Assembly: GCA_000146465.1 (NCBI GenBank)
Contig: CP001951.1
Reading direction: 5' to 3' (one strand)
DNA length: 64,000 nucleotides
Each line of letters begins with the position of its first letter. Position 1 is the stretch's first letter. Positions 49,847-59,980 of the stretch are shown piece after piece. The notes beneath the pieces were generated by a model. It was not told the DNA's origin. It searched no databases and worked only from the letters and a program-made list of their open reading frames with translations. The translations under genes and the position numbers were made by a program.

Positions 49847-51397
49847 TTAAGAAACACCGTTGAAAGAGTCCACCACGGATTTATATGCCAAATACAGGCG
49901 GTCTTCCCCATGGCTGCTTCCAATGTTATTCACAATCTGGTCGAAGGAAAAGATGCCTTCTGACATAAGTATGAAATTCTCCACAAAACATCTTTCATTG
50001 TCTGGAGGGCACAGAAAGATCTTAAGATACTTTTCAACAACATCTATCAGAGGAAGAACACTCACTTTTGTCCTTAGGTATCGCTTTATCTCTGCAGTCT
50101 CGAGTAAAAGAGCCTCGGAAATCCTAGGTGTGACTTTGATGGAGTAGATTCCAGAAAAGACATGAGAAACCACGCTCTCCACCAATGTGATTCGGATATC
50201 CTCGTATATTCCCTCTATCTCTTCATTCATTATGTCTTTGTCTAGGATCTGTATGACTTTCCTAGAAAGACCCTCTGGAGCAGAAAAGTCCAGGCCTAGG
50301 AAGTAGCTTGAGAGAAAATCATCAATAAATGTGTTTTGAAGTCTTTCGGCCTTTCTCATTTGCATGTGAATCTTTGGAATGTCCTCTTCTACTTCTGACT
50401 TTTCTATGATTTGGTCCAAAAAATCTAGAGCAGTTTCTCTGATGTAAAGCATAGTGTTTAGTACAATTATAGACTCGTTCAGACATCCAGGGAGGCGTGT
50501 TCTTTTGATCAGAAGACTCAAATACTCGTCGAAATAATGTACGAGATGCCTATGCGCAGACTTGTCATTAAGGTACTCAACCCTTTTAAGAATCTTTTCT
50601 ACTCCACGAAAGAAGTCCAGAAACCCCGAGATAATGCATAGTTTAACATTCTCTTGGTTGAGGTCGGACTCCATAAGCTCTTTGAAGGATCTTTCTAGAT
50701 ATATCTCGATGTTTGGCACAAACAATGAGGATAGCATTGTCTTGTGTGGACAGAAGGTTTCCTTTTGACTCAAGCCTTTGGATTTACATGCTCCATCTTC
50801 CAGAGATGTAGACTGTACACATGCACTGCATCCCTGTTTTTCAAACAGCTTCCCAAGTCTCTTCTCACATCTGATCGTTGCATCAAAAGCTTCTATGAAA
50901 TCCTCTTCATCGACCTCGTTGTAAAAGAAGTAATCACATACCCGTTGCTTCGTCATAACATAGTACTTGAGCAATATTTCTCGTGGTAAGCTCCAGTCGT
51001 CTGGGACATGGGAATATTTGAGGCTTACTCTGCTTATGCTTTCTTCAATCCATCCAAGACAGCTCTTTAATGAAGATAGTCTTTGAAAGTTACAATTCAA
51101 GAACTCCTGGTAACTCACAGAACATAGTGATCCTAGGTAAGAAATCGCCAACGATTTCATCCTGGCCTCAAAGCTTTCTCCCTGCAGTAACGTGATGTTG
51201 ACCAGTGGCTTTGGAATTCCCTTTTGCTCATGGACACATCTTCTTATTTCTTCCTCTATCGAGGACTGAAGACCTTCCAAGTCATTGGTGCACAGCTTGT
51301 CTCTAAGAGATAGCTTTTCCATTTCTTCCCTGATAATATTGTAAATCTCCTCGTAGTTTTTCGAGCTGTGCAATGTCCTCAGCTCAGAAGCATGCAT
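49847..51397 (-). CDS. hypothetical helical protein (possible vesicle-tethering complex subunit)
   Basis: 516 aa, all-alpha by composition; no confident family call. Confidence 0.3.
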   Translation of the reverse strand: MHASELRTLHSSKNYEEIYNIIREEMEKLSLRDKLCTNDLEGLQSSIEEEIRRCVHEQKGIPKPLVNITLLQGESFEARMKSLAISYLGSLCSVSYQEFLNCNFQRLSSLKSCLGWIEESISRVSLKYSHVPDDWSLPREILLKYYVMTKQRVCDYFFYNEVDEEDFIEAFDATIRCEKRLGKLFEKQGCSACVQSTSLEDGACKSKGLSQKETFCPHKTMLSSLFVPNIEIYLERSFKELMESDLNQENVKLCIISGFLDFFRGVEKILKRVEYLNDKSAHRHLVHYFDEYLSLLIKRTRLPGCLNESIIVLNTMLYIRETALDFLDQIIEKSEVEEDIPKIHMQMRKAERLQNTFIDDFLSSYFLGLDFSAPEGLSRKVIQILDKDIMNEEIEGIYEDIRITLVESVVSHVFSGIYSIKVTPRISEALLLETAEIKRYLRTKVSVLPLIDVVEKYLKIFLCPPDNERCFVENFILMSEGIFSFDQIVNNIGSSHGEDRLYLAYKSVVDSFNGVS

Positions 51398-51570
51398 AAA
51401 CTATGATGATTCTCACGATTTTAGGCCAGAACTGAAACATTTGTTTCAGACAGGACTCTGAATGAGAAAAAGGATGGAGAAGTCCGTCCTGGCATTCAGA
51501 CAGAAGGACTCCTCTACCGAAGCGATAAAAGGCAAAATGTTTTTCTAGTCTTACAAAAACAAGCCTGGAG

Positions 51571-52188
51571 ATGGAGAATTTGCTGGAAGATGACTCGGAG
51601 AATTTACTAAGGATGAGTCCAGATGAGTATTGGGTAGGCGACTTCATGCACAGAAGAGAAAACCGCAGCATAGTCCGTGTTCCAGACGAGTTTCTTGAAG
51701 ATCGATTTAACATTATTGGACTGGACAGGTACATAAAAGACCTCGAAAAGGTATATAGTTCGATACTTGACAAGGGACCAAGGAGTAGTTTTCAGGAGGA
51801 GTCTTCTCTATACTATCTGATACATCAGAAATACATCTTCACAAAGCCTGGGCTTGAGACTGTTCTGGACAGGGTGATGAGCAAGGAGTATGGAGCATGT
51901 CCAAGAATAGGATGCAAGTCAGTTGGAATGATCCCCATTGGGCTGAGCGACAGGCCTGGAGTTTCGTCAACAAAAGTCTATTGCCACTGTTGTGTGAGTG
52001 TGTACGAGGCCAGGGGAATTCTCCGGCTTGTAGATGGGTGTGCATGGGGGAAATCGTTCCCGCATTTCCTAATTTTGACTCACTCGTACCATTTCCCTTC
52101 AGGAAAGTGTGAGGAGTATGTCCCAAGGATATACGGCTTTCGGATATGCGCCCACGACGACAACGACTCTCTCTCCGAAGACAACTAA
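51571..52188 (+). CDS. CKB: casein kinase II regulatory subunit beta
   Basis: CPRIGC...CHCC zinc motif, YGACPRIGCKSVGMIPIGLSDRPG, DGCAWGKSFPH. Confidence 0.85.
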   Translation: MENLLEDDSENLLRMSPDEYWVGDFMHRRENRSIVRVPDEFLEDRFNIIGLDRYIKDLEKVYSSILDKGPRSSFQEESSLYYLIHQKYIFTKPGLETVLDRVMSKEYGACPRIGCKSVGMIPIGLSDRPGVSSTKVYCHCCVSVYEARGILRLVDGCAWGKSFPHFLILTHSYHFPSGKCEEYVPRIYGFRICAHDDNDSLSEDN

Positions 52189-52193
52189 AATAA

Positions 52194-55100
52194 ATGCCTA
52201 ATATGGAAGACAGCCTGAATCTTTGGTTATTTTCAAAAGACATCGAAACCGCAATGAGAGACGAGCTTCTAGAGGAGCAATATGGATTTATATCTCACCA
52301 TGAAAGCAGAAGAAGAGAGGGATGGGTCCTGAACTACATCACTACTGTATTCAAAGACGGGAGAATGGAAGCAAAGCTTTATCTGATTGATGACAAGAGA
52401 GCCGAATTTCTTGTGAAGATTCCATATTTTCCATCTCTTCTCCTTAAAGCTTCGGATTATGATTCTGTTGAAGAATATCTCAGGAGAAAATATGCAGCAG
52501 AGATTTACAGCATGGAGAGAGTGCATAGAATTGACTTTAACGAATACAATCATCTGAACAAAGACCCAGGAGTGTTTCTAGAGGTTAGATTCAGGACCGA
52601 GTCTGGGTTTTCAACAGCTGTGAAGGACTTCAAGAAGATAGTGGCAAGGAACAAAGTGCAGAAGAATAATGAATATGATTGCTTTGGAAAGGATCGAACA
52701 CTCTGCGCAGAGGAACTTATGGAGGGAATCTTCGAGTATGATATTCCTGTAGAGGTTTGCACGGCCAACAACCTGAAGATCAGATGTGGAAAGTGGTATA
52801 CTTTCTACTATACCGGAGAGACATATGTTATAGAGAAGAGCGAAAGAGTCGTGTTTCCAGATCTTCGGATACTTGCATTTGATATCGAGACATTCAAAAA
52901 GCCGCTGAAATTTCCTAATCCAGACTATGATGAGGTGATGATGATATCTGTTAAAACAGAATGCAGGGGAGAATTGATTGTGAACCGGAGGCTGGTTTCT
53001 AAAGACATCAGGAAGTTTGAGTACAATCCAAGAGAAGACATGGAGTGTGTGTTTGATGTGTCGAACGAGGGAGACGAAGAAGGGGTGCTGATTAGATTTG
53101 TTGAGTTGATTCAAAAACACAAACCACACTTGATAACAACGTTTAATGGAGCATTATTTGACTTTCCGTTCCTGGAGAAAAGGATGAAGAACTATGGAAT
53201 AAGCCTGAGGGAGACAACTGGATTTACTCTGAAGGATGAATACTACATTTCACCGTTTATTGTGCATCTTGATTGCTACAAATGGGTTAAAAGAGACTCG
53301 TATCTTCCGGCAGGGAGCCAGGGTCTCAAGGAGGTCACTAAAGTGAAACTAGGATACTTCCCTGACGAGATTGATCCTGAAGACATGGTTAGGCTTGCAA
53401 TGTCCGACCCCGACAAAATGGCATCTTATTCTGTTTCGGATTCGGTTGCAACATACTTTCTTTACACCAAATATGTCCAGCCTCATGTTTTTTCCCTATG
53501 CTCTCTTGTTCCTCTCTCTCCGACCTCGGCACTTTGCCAGGGGTCTGGAACACTGTGTGAAGCTCTGCTTGTCTCTGAAGCCATTGAATACGGGGTGCTT
53601 ATCCCAGAAAGGAGGAGAGAAAGCAAAACCCGAGAGCACAACGGACACATAGCAGAAAGCATCACATATGTTGGAGGATATGTCGAGTGTCTCCGGTCCG
53701 GGATTTTTCGGTCTGACCTGGAGCATGAATTTAACATCTCTAAAGAATTCATTGGAGAAGTGGTTTCAAGCCTTGACGAAATTCTCTATGAGTACAAGGA
53801 AGAAGGAGGTTTTGAAGAGATGAAAGCACAGATTCTTGCCAATCTTCAGGAGAACAAGGGAAGACTTCGAAAGGAGGGGCTTATATATCATCTGGATGTT
53901 GGAGCAATGTATCCAAACATCATACTTACCAACAAACTGCAGCCTGTGTCAATTGTTAACGAAGAGATCTGCATAAGATGTGACTTTTCGGATGAGTCGA
54001 ACAATTGTAAGAAAAGAATGGAATGGAGCCTTAAGGTCGAGTACATTCCGGCTGGTAAGAGGGAAACCGAGATGATTAGGAGGCAGGTAGAGAAGGAAAA
54101 GAACTTTGAAGGAAATGAGGAAGAAGAGGTGAAGAAGAGGGTCAGAAGGTATTCGAAGAGTATGTACGGAAAGAAAAGGGAAAAGAAGATTTGTACTAGA
54201 AGTTCGACAGTTTGTCAGAGGGAGATTCCATTCTATGTGGAAACAGTTAGAAAATTCAGGGACCAAAGATATGTGTATAAGAGGCTGCAAGCCCAGGCAC
54301 AAAAGGCTGCTGAGGAAGCCACAACCGATGAGGAAAGAAAGTATGCGATGAAGTCTGTTGTTGTGTACTCCTCGCTCCAAGTGGCACACAAATGTGTTCT
54401 AAACTCGTTCTATGGATATGTGATGAGAAAAAGCTCACGGTGGTACAGCATGGAGATGGCGGCGATAGTTTGCAATGTAGGAGGGAACATTATTAAGAAG
54501 GCCCGAGAGATTGTGGAGAAGATAGGGATTTCCTTGGAACTGGATACCGACGGAATATGGTGCATAGTTCCATCTTCATTGGTATCTTCATATGTACTCC
54601 CGTCGGGGAAGAAGTTTTCTCTCTTGTCAGGCCTCCTCAACCACTTTGTATGTAAGAAATTTACAAACAACCAATACCAGGAGAAGATTGATGGGGAGTA
54701 TGCCACAAGAAGTGAGAATTCGATATTCTTTGAGATTGATGGGCCGTACAGGGCAATGCTTCTTCCTACGTCGACCGAGGAAAGCAAATTGCTGAAGAAG
54801 AGATATGCAATAATCGATGACAACAACAAGATTGCCGAATTGAAAGGATTTGAGATGAAAAGGAGAGGAGAGCTCCAGATTACTAAGAAGTTCCAGGAGG
54901 AGCTTTTTCTACACTTCCTTGATGGGAGTAACTTAAACGAATGCTATGAGTCGCTGGCCGAGGTGTGCAGATACTGGCTAGACATACTAAAGAGCAAGGG
55001 AGAATATCTTGATGACGATACGATTCTTGAGTTACTGTCTGAGAGCAGAAGTATGTCTAAGGGATTTGGGGAATACAGAGGAAGAAAGTCGAACCTCACT

Positions 55101-57584
55101 GTTACGGCGGTTAGGATGTCTGAAGTCCTGGGAGAAGGAATTCTTGAAGAGAAATTGAAGTGCGAGTATATTGTTGCGGCATACCCAGAGAATAAATCGG
55201 TGGCAGAGAGGGCTATACCAGTGGTGGTTTTCCGGTCTGAGCAAAAGGAAGAGTTTCTCAGGAAATGGCTGGAAAGAGACTATTCTGGAGACATTAGAGC
55301 CGTTATTGACTGGGAATATTATAGAGTAAGATTGGAGTGTGTGATTCAGAGGATGGTTATACTGCCTGCTCTATCGCAAGGAATCAAGAATCCTTTGAGC
55401 GAGGTGGGGATTCCAGAATGGGCCAAGGCCAAGACCCAGCTTAGGGGTTTTGATCTAAGAAACGTAGATGACATTGAGGATGCCTTCTGCAAAGCAAGAC
55501 TAAGCAAGGACACAGAAGCCGGGCGTGAAAAGTGCAAGGAAGATTTTGAAGAAGACAAAGAGAATTGCAAAGATGATGAAAAGAAAATGAGGGACCTGAT
55601 GGAAACTGATGTTAGGGAGTATATTCTTAAGAACAGGATCGCGTGGATTGAAAGAATAAAAAGGATTATTGACGTAGGCGACATCATTAAGATGGTTTGT
55701 AGCAATGATGGATATATGGATGTATATCGCATGGGACGGAGTGATTCTGTGGAAAGAATTCCTTTAGAGAGGAGAATCTATATGCAAGTCAATGACTGGA
55801 GATACTTTGACAAGTCTGGAGATATCGAGAGAGTGGCCGTGTACTTTCCTGAGAATTCCGAGACAACTGAAGTGGGGACTATTAGTATAAAAGAACATGA
55901 GTTTGTGAAAGACTATTCATTGTACAGGAAGTTTCTCAGTCACTTTTCGATAAGAAGAGTTTTTGAAGACAAGATTCCGATTCTGTACAGTAATTTGAAA
56001 GAATGCGAAGGACATGATGTCGAGTTTGTAACAGTGGGCAGCTTTATTTTCCTTGGAAAACCTGTTTACACAGTGGGAGAAGAAGAATTCCTTGTATTTT
56101 CTGGGAAGGAAGGGCTCTATGACCTTGGAAGATATCTTCTTAGAAACTTCGGAAAGTGGAGGATTGGAGTTATCGGATCCAGCGACCCATGCAAGACCGA
56201 ACTCCGGAAGATACTGTGCAAATATCACATTCTTGAAATACAAGTTAGGAGGAATCTGTCTTTGAAGGAATATTCTGTAATGTGCAATGAACAGAAAGAG
56301 TTCCACAAGCAGATGGCCAGGGAAGTGGAGCTGGTGTGCAAGCTGAGCAAGTATAGCCGAATTCCCATTTTCAATGTAAACGAAAATGTAATGGATGTTC
56401 TATTTTATAGGGAGTTAAAGAAAAACAGAGTTGTATGCGGAAGACAAGAATGTGAAATGAGCTACTCCCCGCGTCTGAGGGCAGAGAGTTTCCGGCCTGG
56501 CCTCTACAAGAAATACGTGGTTGAGATAGAGTGTATTGGAACATTGGTGCTTTCTATTATTGAATACGAGGCATTTCTGGGGAAAGACACCTTATTTAAA
56601 GGTGTGGAAAGGAAAGACTTCCATATCCTCAGAAGTCTTCTGAAGCGGATAGTCCTGGACTCGATCAAAGGAGAAGATGGAGCTAAGCTTTTACTAAGAA
56701 ATATTGGAAGATGGATAAGGAGTGATTCGGCCATAATTTGCTCGGAGTTGAGGAGCATTTGCTGCATGCTGCAGAAAAGATACATGATGCATCTGGCCAA
56801 AAAGCTGAGAGATGAAAAGTACGATGTGATTTGTGTGGCGGGAGATGTGGTTTTGATCGACACAGGGAAGACAAGCGAGGAATCGGCATTGGACTTTTTT
56901 CAGTATATCTGCAAGAAGGGGCTGGAGCTCTGTGGATACGAGATGATGAAGATGAAGGCTATTAGAATATTCCAAAGCCTTGCATTTGTAGACCCAAGCA
57001 CCTACTTCTTTCTTGACAGGGGAGAATACTTCTGTTTCAGTGAGAGTAAGGTTCCTACAGCATTTCTTCAGGCCTATTTTAATGAAGAGAAGGTGGATTC
57101 GGAGTTTGTGTACAGCCTTGTAACCAAAATTCCTCTTGAGAGCTCCAAGATGGTTTTGAAACTCCTCTCGTTCAGACAGGACTCGCAAGCCCTTCTGTCT
57201 AACTGTTATAAACTCTTACATTTGAGTGAGTTTGCAGAGAAGGAAAGAAAAGAGATATATCTTGACATTGTGTGTCCTTCGTGTGGAATGGAAAGTGCTT
57301 TGAGAGCCAGATGTATCAAGTGCTACAATGCATATCCAAAAAGCGCTGTGTTAGAAGTGTGTATGGCTTATGCCAAGCATCTTCTTTGGTTGGAACTTTC
57401 AAGGGATCTATCCTGCACCATCTGTGGGAAATCTAATGAAGCAAGGCTGTCTAGTTTTTGTAAATGCGGTGGTGCGTTCCAAAAGACAAGTTATGGAAAT
57501 GAGTTGGAGAGCCTAAGGGAAATAGCTGGTAGCCCGATTTTTGACGGTTTCTACAGGAGAATCTCAAAGCATTTCCTGAAATGA
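52194..57584 (+). CDS. POL2: DNA polymerase epsilon catalytic subunit (Pol2)
   Basis: Exo I FDIETFK; Pol epsilon-specific motif A YHLDVGAMYPNIILTNKLQP; motif C ELDTDGIWC; C-terminal inactive polymerase half ending in two Cys4 modules. Confidence 0.9.
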   Translation: MPNMEDSLNLWLFSKDIETAMRDELLEEQYGFISHHESRRREGWVLNYITTVFKDGRMEAKLYLIDDKRAEFLVKIPYFPSLLLKASDYDSVEEYLRRKYAAEIYSMERVHRIDFNEYNHLNKDPGVFLEVRFRTESGFSTAVKDFKKIVARNKVQKNNEYDCFGKDRTLCAEELMEGIFEYDIPVEVCTANNLKIRCGKWYTFYYTGETYVIEKSERVVFPDLRILAFDIETFKKPLKFPNPDYDEVMMISVKTECRGELIVNRRLVSKDIRKFEYNPREDMECVFDVSNEGDEEGVLIRFVELIQKHKPHLITTFNGALFDFPFLEKRMKNYGISLRETTGFTLKDEYYISPFIVHLDCYKWVKRDSYLPAGSQGLKEVTKVKLGYFPDEIDPEDMVRLAMSDPDKMASYSVSDSVATYFLYTKYVQPHVFSLCSLVPLSPTSALCQGSGTLCEALLVSEAIEYGVLIPERRRESKTREHNGHIAESITYVGGYVECLRSGIFRSDLEHEFNISKEFIGEVVSSLDEILYEYKEEGGFEEMKAQILANLQENKGRLRKEGLIYHLDVGAMYPNIILTNKLQPVSIVNEEICIRCDFSDESNNCKKRMEWSLKVEYIPAGKRETEMIRRQVEKEKNFEGNEEEEVKKRVRRYSKSMYGKKREKKICTRSSTVCQREIPFYVETVRKFRDQRYVYKRLQAQAQKAAEEATTDEERKYAMKSVVVYSSLQVAHKCVLNSFYGYVMRKSSRWYSMEMAAIVCNVGGNIIKKAREIVEKIGISLELDTDGIWCIVPSSLVSSYVLPSGKKFSLLSGLLNHFVCKKFTNNQYQEKIDGEYATRSENSIFFEIDGPYRAMLLPTSTEESKLLKKRYAIIDDNNKIAELKGFEMKRRGELQITKKFQEELFLHFLDGSNLNECYESLAEVCRYWLDILKSKGEYLDDDTILELLSESRSMSKGFGEYRGRKSNLTVTAVRMSEVLGEGILEEKLKCEYIVAAYPENKSVAERAIPVVVFRSEQKEEFLRKWLERDYSGDIRAVIDWEYYRVRLECVIQRMVILPALSQGIKNPLSEVGIPEWAKAKTQLRGFDLRNVDDIEDAFCKARLSKDTEAGREKCKEDFEEDKENCKDDEKKMRDLMETDVREYILKNRIAWIERIKRIIDVGDIIKMVCSNDGYMDVYRMGRSDSVERIPLERRIYMQVNDWRYFDKSGDIERVAVYFPENSETTEVGTISIKEHEFVKDYSLYRKFLSHFSIRRVFEDKIPILYSNLKECEGHDVEFVTVGSFIFLGKPVYTVGEEEFLVFSGKEGLYDLGRYLLRNFGKWRIGVIGSSDPCKTELRKILCKYHILEIQVRRNLSLKEYSVMCNEQKEFHKQMAREVELVCKLSKYSRIPIFNVNENVMDVLFYRELKKNRVVCGRQECEMSYSPRLRAESFRPGLYKKYVVEIECIGTLVLSIIEYEAFLGKDTLFKGVERKDFHILRSLLKRIVLDSIKGEDGAKLLLRNIGRWIRSDSAIICSELRSICCMLQKRYMMHLAKKLRDEKYDVICVAGDVVLIDTGKTSEESALDFFQYICKKGLELCGYEMMKMKAIRIFQSLAFVDPSTYFFLDRGEYFCFSESKVPTAFLQAYFNEEKVDSEFVYSLVTKIPLESSKMVLKLLSFRQDSQALLSNCYKLLHLSEFAEKERKEIYLDIVCPSCGMESALRARCIKCYNAYPKSAVLEVCMAYAKHLLWLELSRDLSCTICGKSNEARLSSFCKCGGAFQKTSYGNELESLREIAGSPIFDGFYRRISKHFLK

Positions 57585-58054
57585 CTTCCTTTTGGGAGTT
57601 AAGAAATAGATCTATCAACCCATGCTTTTCGATGTGTTCGGAAATCAAAGTCCTTGAAAGGAACAATGAGACACAGATAGACACTCTTCTCTATGACCAT
57701 ACATTGGTACATATAACTTTCAACACAAAGGAACACCCGTTATCACCAAGAGACCTTTCGATTAACCATTTGGGAAGAAGTTCAAGCGGATCTGTTAAAG
57801 TGTTTGTTAACTCAAAGAAAGTCGACTTTTCGTATGAGCTTGTGTTCGGATATGCGTTAAGCTGCATTGGGATTGAAGAATATGATTGCAAGGTCTATTT
57901 ATTTGACGATACTGATGACCTGTGTGTGTTAAAGAACCTAATGTTTGCAATAGACGAGAAGTTTAAGGCGGGCCTTCGTGTCTTTTCGGATCACAGCAAG
58001 ACAACGGTGTCTTTAGGCGGAAAGATAATTTATGAAACAACTATAGTACTATAA
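57581..58054 (+). CDS. hypothetical protein (157 aa)
   Basis: ATG overlaps the Pol2 stop (ATGA). CCTGAA sits before the ATG as at other genes. No family recognised. Confidence 0.35.
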   Translation: MTSFWELRNRSINPCFSMCSEIKVLERNNETQIDTLLYDHTLVHITFNTKEHPLSPRDLSINHLGRSSSGSVKVFVNSKKVDFSYELVFGYALSCIGIEEYDCKVYLFDDTDDLCVLKNLMFAIDEKFKAGLRVFSDHSKTTVSLGGKIIYETTIVL

Positions 58055-58103
58055 TAGTCGATGCATGATTCGAAACAGCATCCGTTAAATATACCTCCAG
58101 TTC

Positions 58104-59819
58104 TCAGTATTTTGACTTATCGATAATAAAGTCGTCAAAGGAATTATATATTTTAACCTTGTTGTCATGGAGGCCAAGTATCTTATCAAAGCCTCTGAGA
58201 AGGTCATGGTCATGCACAACCAGAAACACAGTCTTGTCTTCCATCTTTTTGAGTATTGTTTCTACAAGCTCCTTTTCCGAGTCTGCATCCAAATTCGATG
58301 TCGGCTCATCCAAAACCACTATGTCGGAATCCTTGACCATTGCTCTCATAAAGCTAACCCTCTGCTTCTGCCCTCCACTCAGGAACTTTCCATTTTCTCC
58401 CACAAGGGTTTGATATCCTCTAGGAAGCTTGCTGAATATCTCATGCACATTGAAATGCACACATTTCTTCATAACATGATCGTATTCAATGGAATTGTAA
58501 GAGTAGCCTATGTTTTCAAGAATGGTTCCATTGAACAAATGATGGTTTTGAGGAACAAACGATATGAGGCCCCTTACAGACGACTTCCTGATCCTTCTCA
58601 GCTCAATTCCATCAATGTAAACTTCTCCACTATAGTCGAGGAACCTGAGGAGAACGTTAACAAGAGATGACTTCCCGCATCCATTTTTTCCAATGATCCC
58701 TATCTTCTCGCCCTTTTTGATTTCTCCGCTGAAACCTTCTAATATGAGTCTGTTTCCTATGTGCACAGACATCCCGTTGAACCTTATGGTATCACCAAAC
58801 CTCTCTATTGCAAGCCCAAGGTCTTCTTCCTCAAGTGCATCCTCAATCTTCGAGTCAAAAATATCTGTCAAATTCTCATTCATTACAAATGTGCTTTCCT
58901 TTAGCTTCATTATCCCACTCCGTAGCTCGGAAAAGAACTTGGAGTACTCGATGTATCTGTTCCCAATTCTCATACTCTTAAACATATATCCTCCAATGAT
59001 CATCAACACCATAAATGCATTTGGGACAAAGAGTAAACTTTTCTGGAAAAACTCGACAAATCCATTGATCTGATCATATCTCCTCGAGTGTCTTCCGACA
59101 TCCCGAAAAGTGTCGATGTATTTCTGCAGCTCGTTTTCTTCTTTATTGTACGATTTGATTATGTCATAGTTCTGCAGAATCCCGTACAGCCTGTTGGAGG
59201 CAAAGTTGTATGCTCCATTGTATTTCCTTCTGAAGTGGTTTCTAAGAATTGTTCCATACCATGACACAACAACATATACCAGTATCTGGATAACAGTTAG
59301 AATCACAACACCTGTAGAACAGCGGGAAAAGTACAAAAACCCCCACAGAACATAAGATGCATTGAAAAAGATATCGGCAAACAATATCCTCAAGAAACTA
59401 ACCATTCCGTTGGATCTCCTCTCAACTAATGAGTGTATCTGTCCAGACCCAAGGTGATGGAACCGATGGTAGTTGGTCAAAAGATACTCTCTCAAGCAGT
59501 GATGGAACGACTTCCCTATAAGCAGCTGGATGACATAGGCCGAAACAAGCTTGTAGAGAAGACTCGACATGTAATGACTAATGGGAAGAAGCATAAACGT
59601 GATAAGAAGCCTGCTGGAATCTGTCTCATCAATTGTCTTTCTGGCAATATATTGCTCGATCTTTGTTAACGACTTTTGAAATTCAAAGTGAAACTTGCTC
59701 GAGAGCATTATAAAGAATACGGTTGTTAAAATTCCCAAGAGAACTGCCTTGTCCTTGACAAGAAAGTGTATTATTAGCGATATCATGTAGGAGTATCTTC
59801 CAGATACTTTTTTCTTCAT
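58104..59819 (-). CDS. ABC half-transporter (TMD-NBD, ABCB type; Atm1-like candidate)
   Basis: Walker A GKNGCGKSS; signature LSGGQKQRVSFMRAM; Walker B IVVLDEPTS; six N-terminal TM helices. Track start is TTG; ATG at 59819. Confidence 0.8.
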   Translation of the reverse strand: MKKKVSGRYSYMISLIIHFLVKDKAVLLGILTTVFFIMLSSKFHFEFQKSLTKIEQYIARKTIDETDSSRLLITFMLLPISHYMSSLLYKLVSAYVIQLLIGKSFHHCLREYLLTNYHRFHHLGSGQIHSLVERRSNGMVSFLRILFADIFFNASYVLWGFLYFSRCSTGVVILTVIQILVYVVVSWYGTILRNHFRRKYNGAYNFASNRLYGILQNYDIIKSYNKEENELQKYIDTFRDVGRHSRRYDQINGFVEFFQKSLLFVPNAFMVLMIIGGYMFKSMRIGNRYIEYSKFFSELRSGIMKLKESTFVMNENLTDIFDSKIEDALEEEDLGLAIERFGDTIRFNGMSVHIGNRLILEGFSGEIKKGEKIGIIGKNGCGKSSLVNVLLRFLDYSGEVYIDGIELRRIRKSSVRGLISFVPQNHHLFNGTILENIGYSYNSIEYDHVMKKCVHFNVHEIFSKLPRGYQTLVGENGKFLSGGQKQRVSFMRAMVKDSDIVVLDEPTSNLDADSEKELVETILKKMEDKTVFLVVHDHDLLRGFDKILGLHDNKVKIYNSFDDFIIDKSKY

Positions 59820-59980
59820 TTTGGGATGGGTTTGAACTTCTTTTATATGCAATGCCGGGAAAAGATGGTTGAAAGACTTTGATGCTCTCGCCTCTGCCTA
59901 ATACAGAAAGGAGATCAAGCCTGAGCCACATACAATGAGATGGACGCTGGATTTCATGAACTAGAAAAAATCACCCCAAC

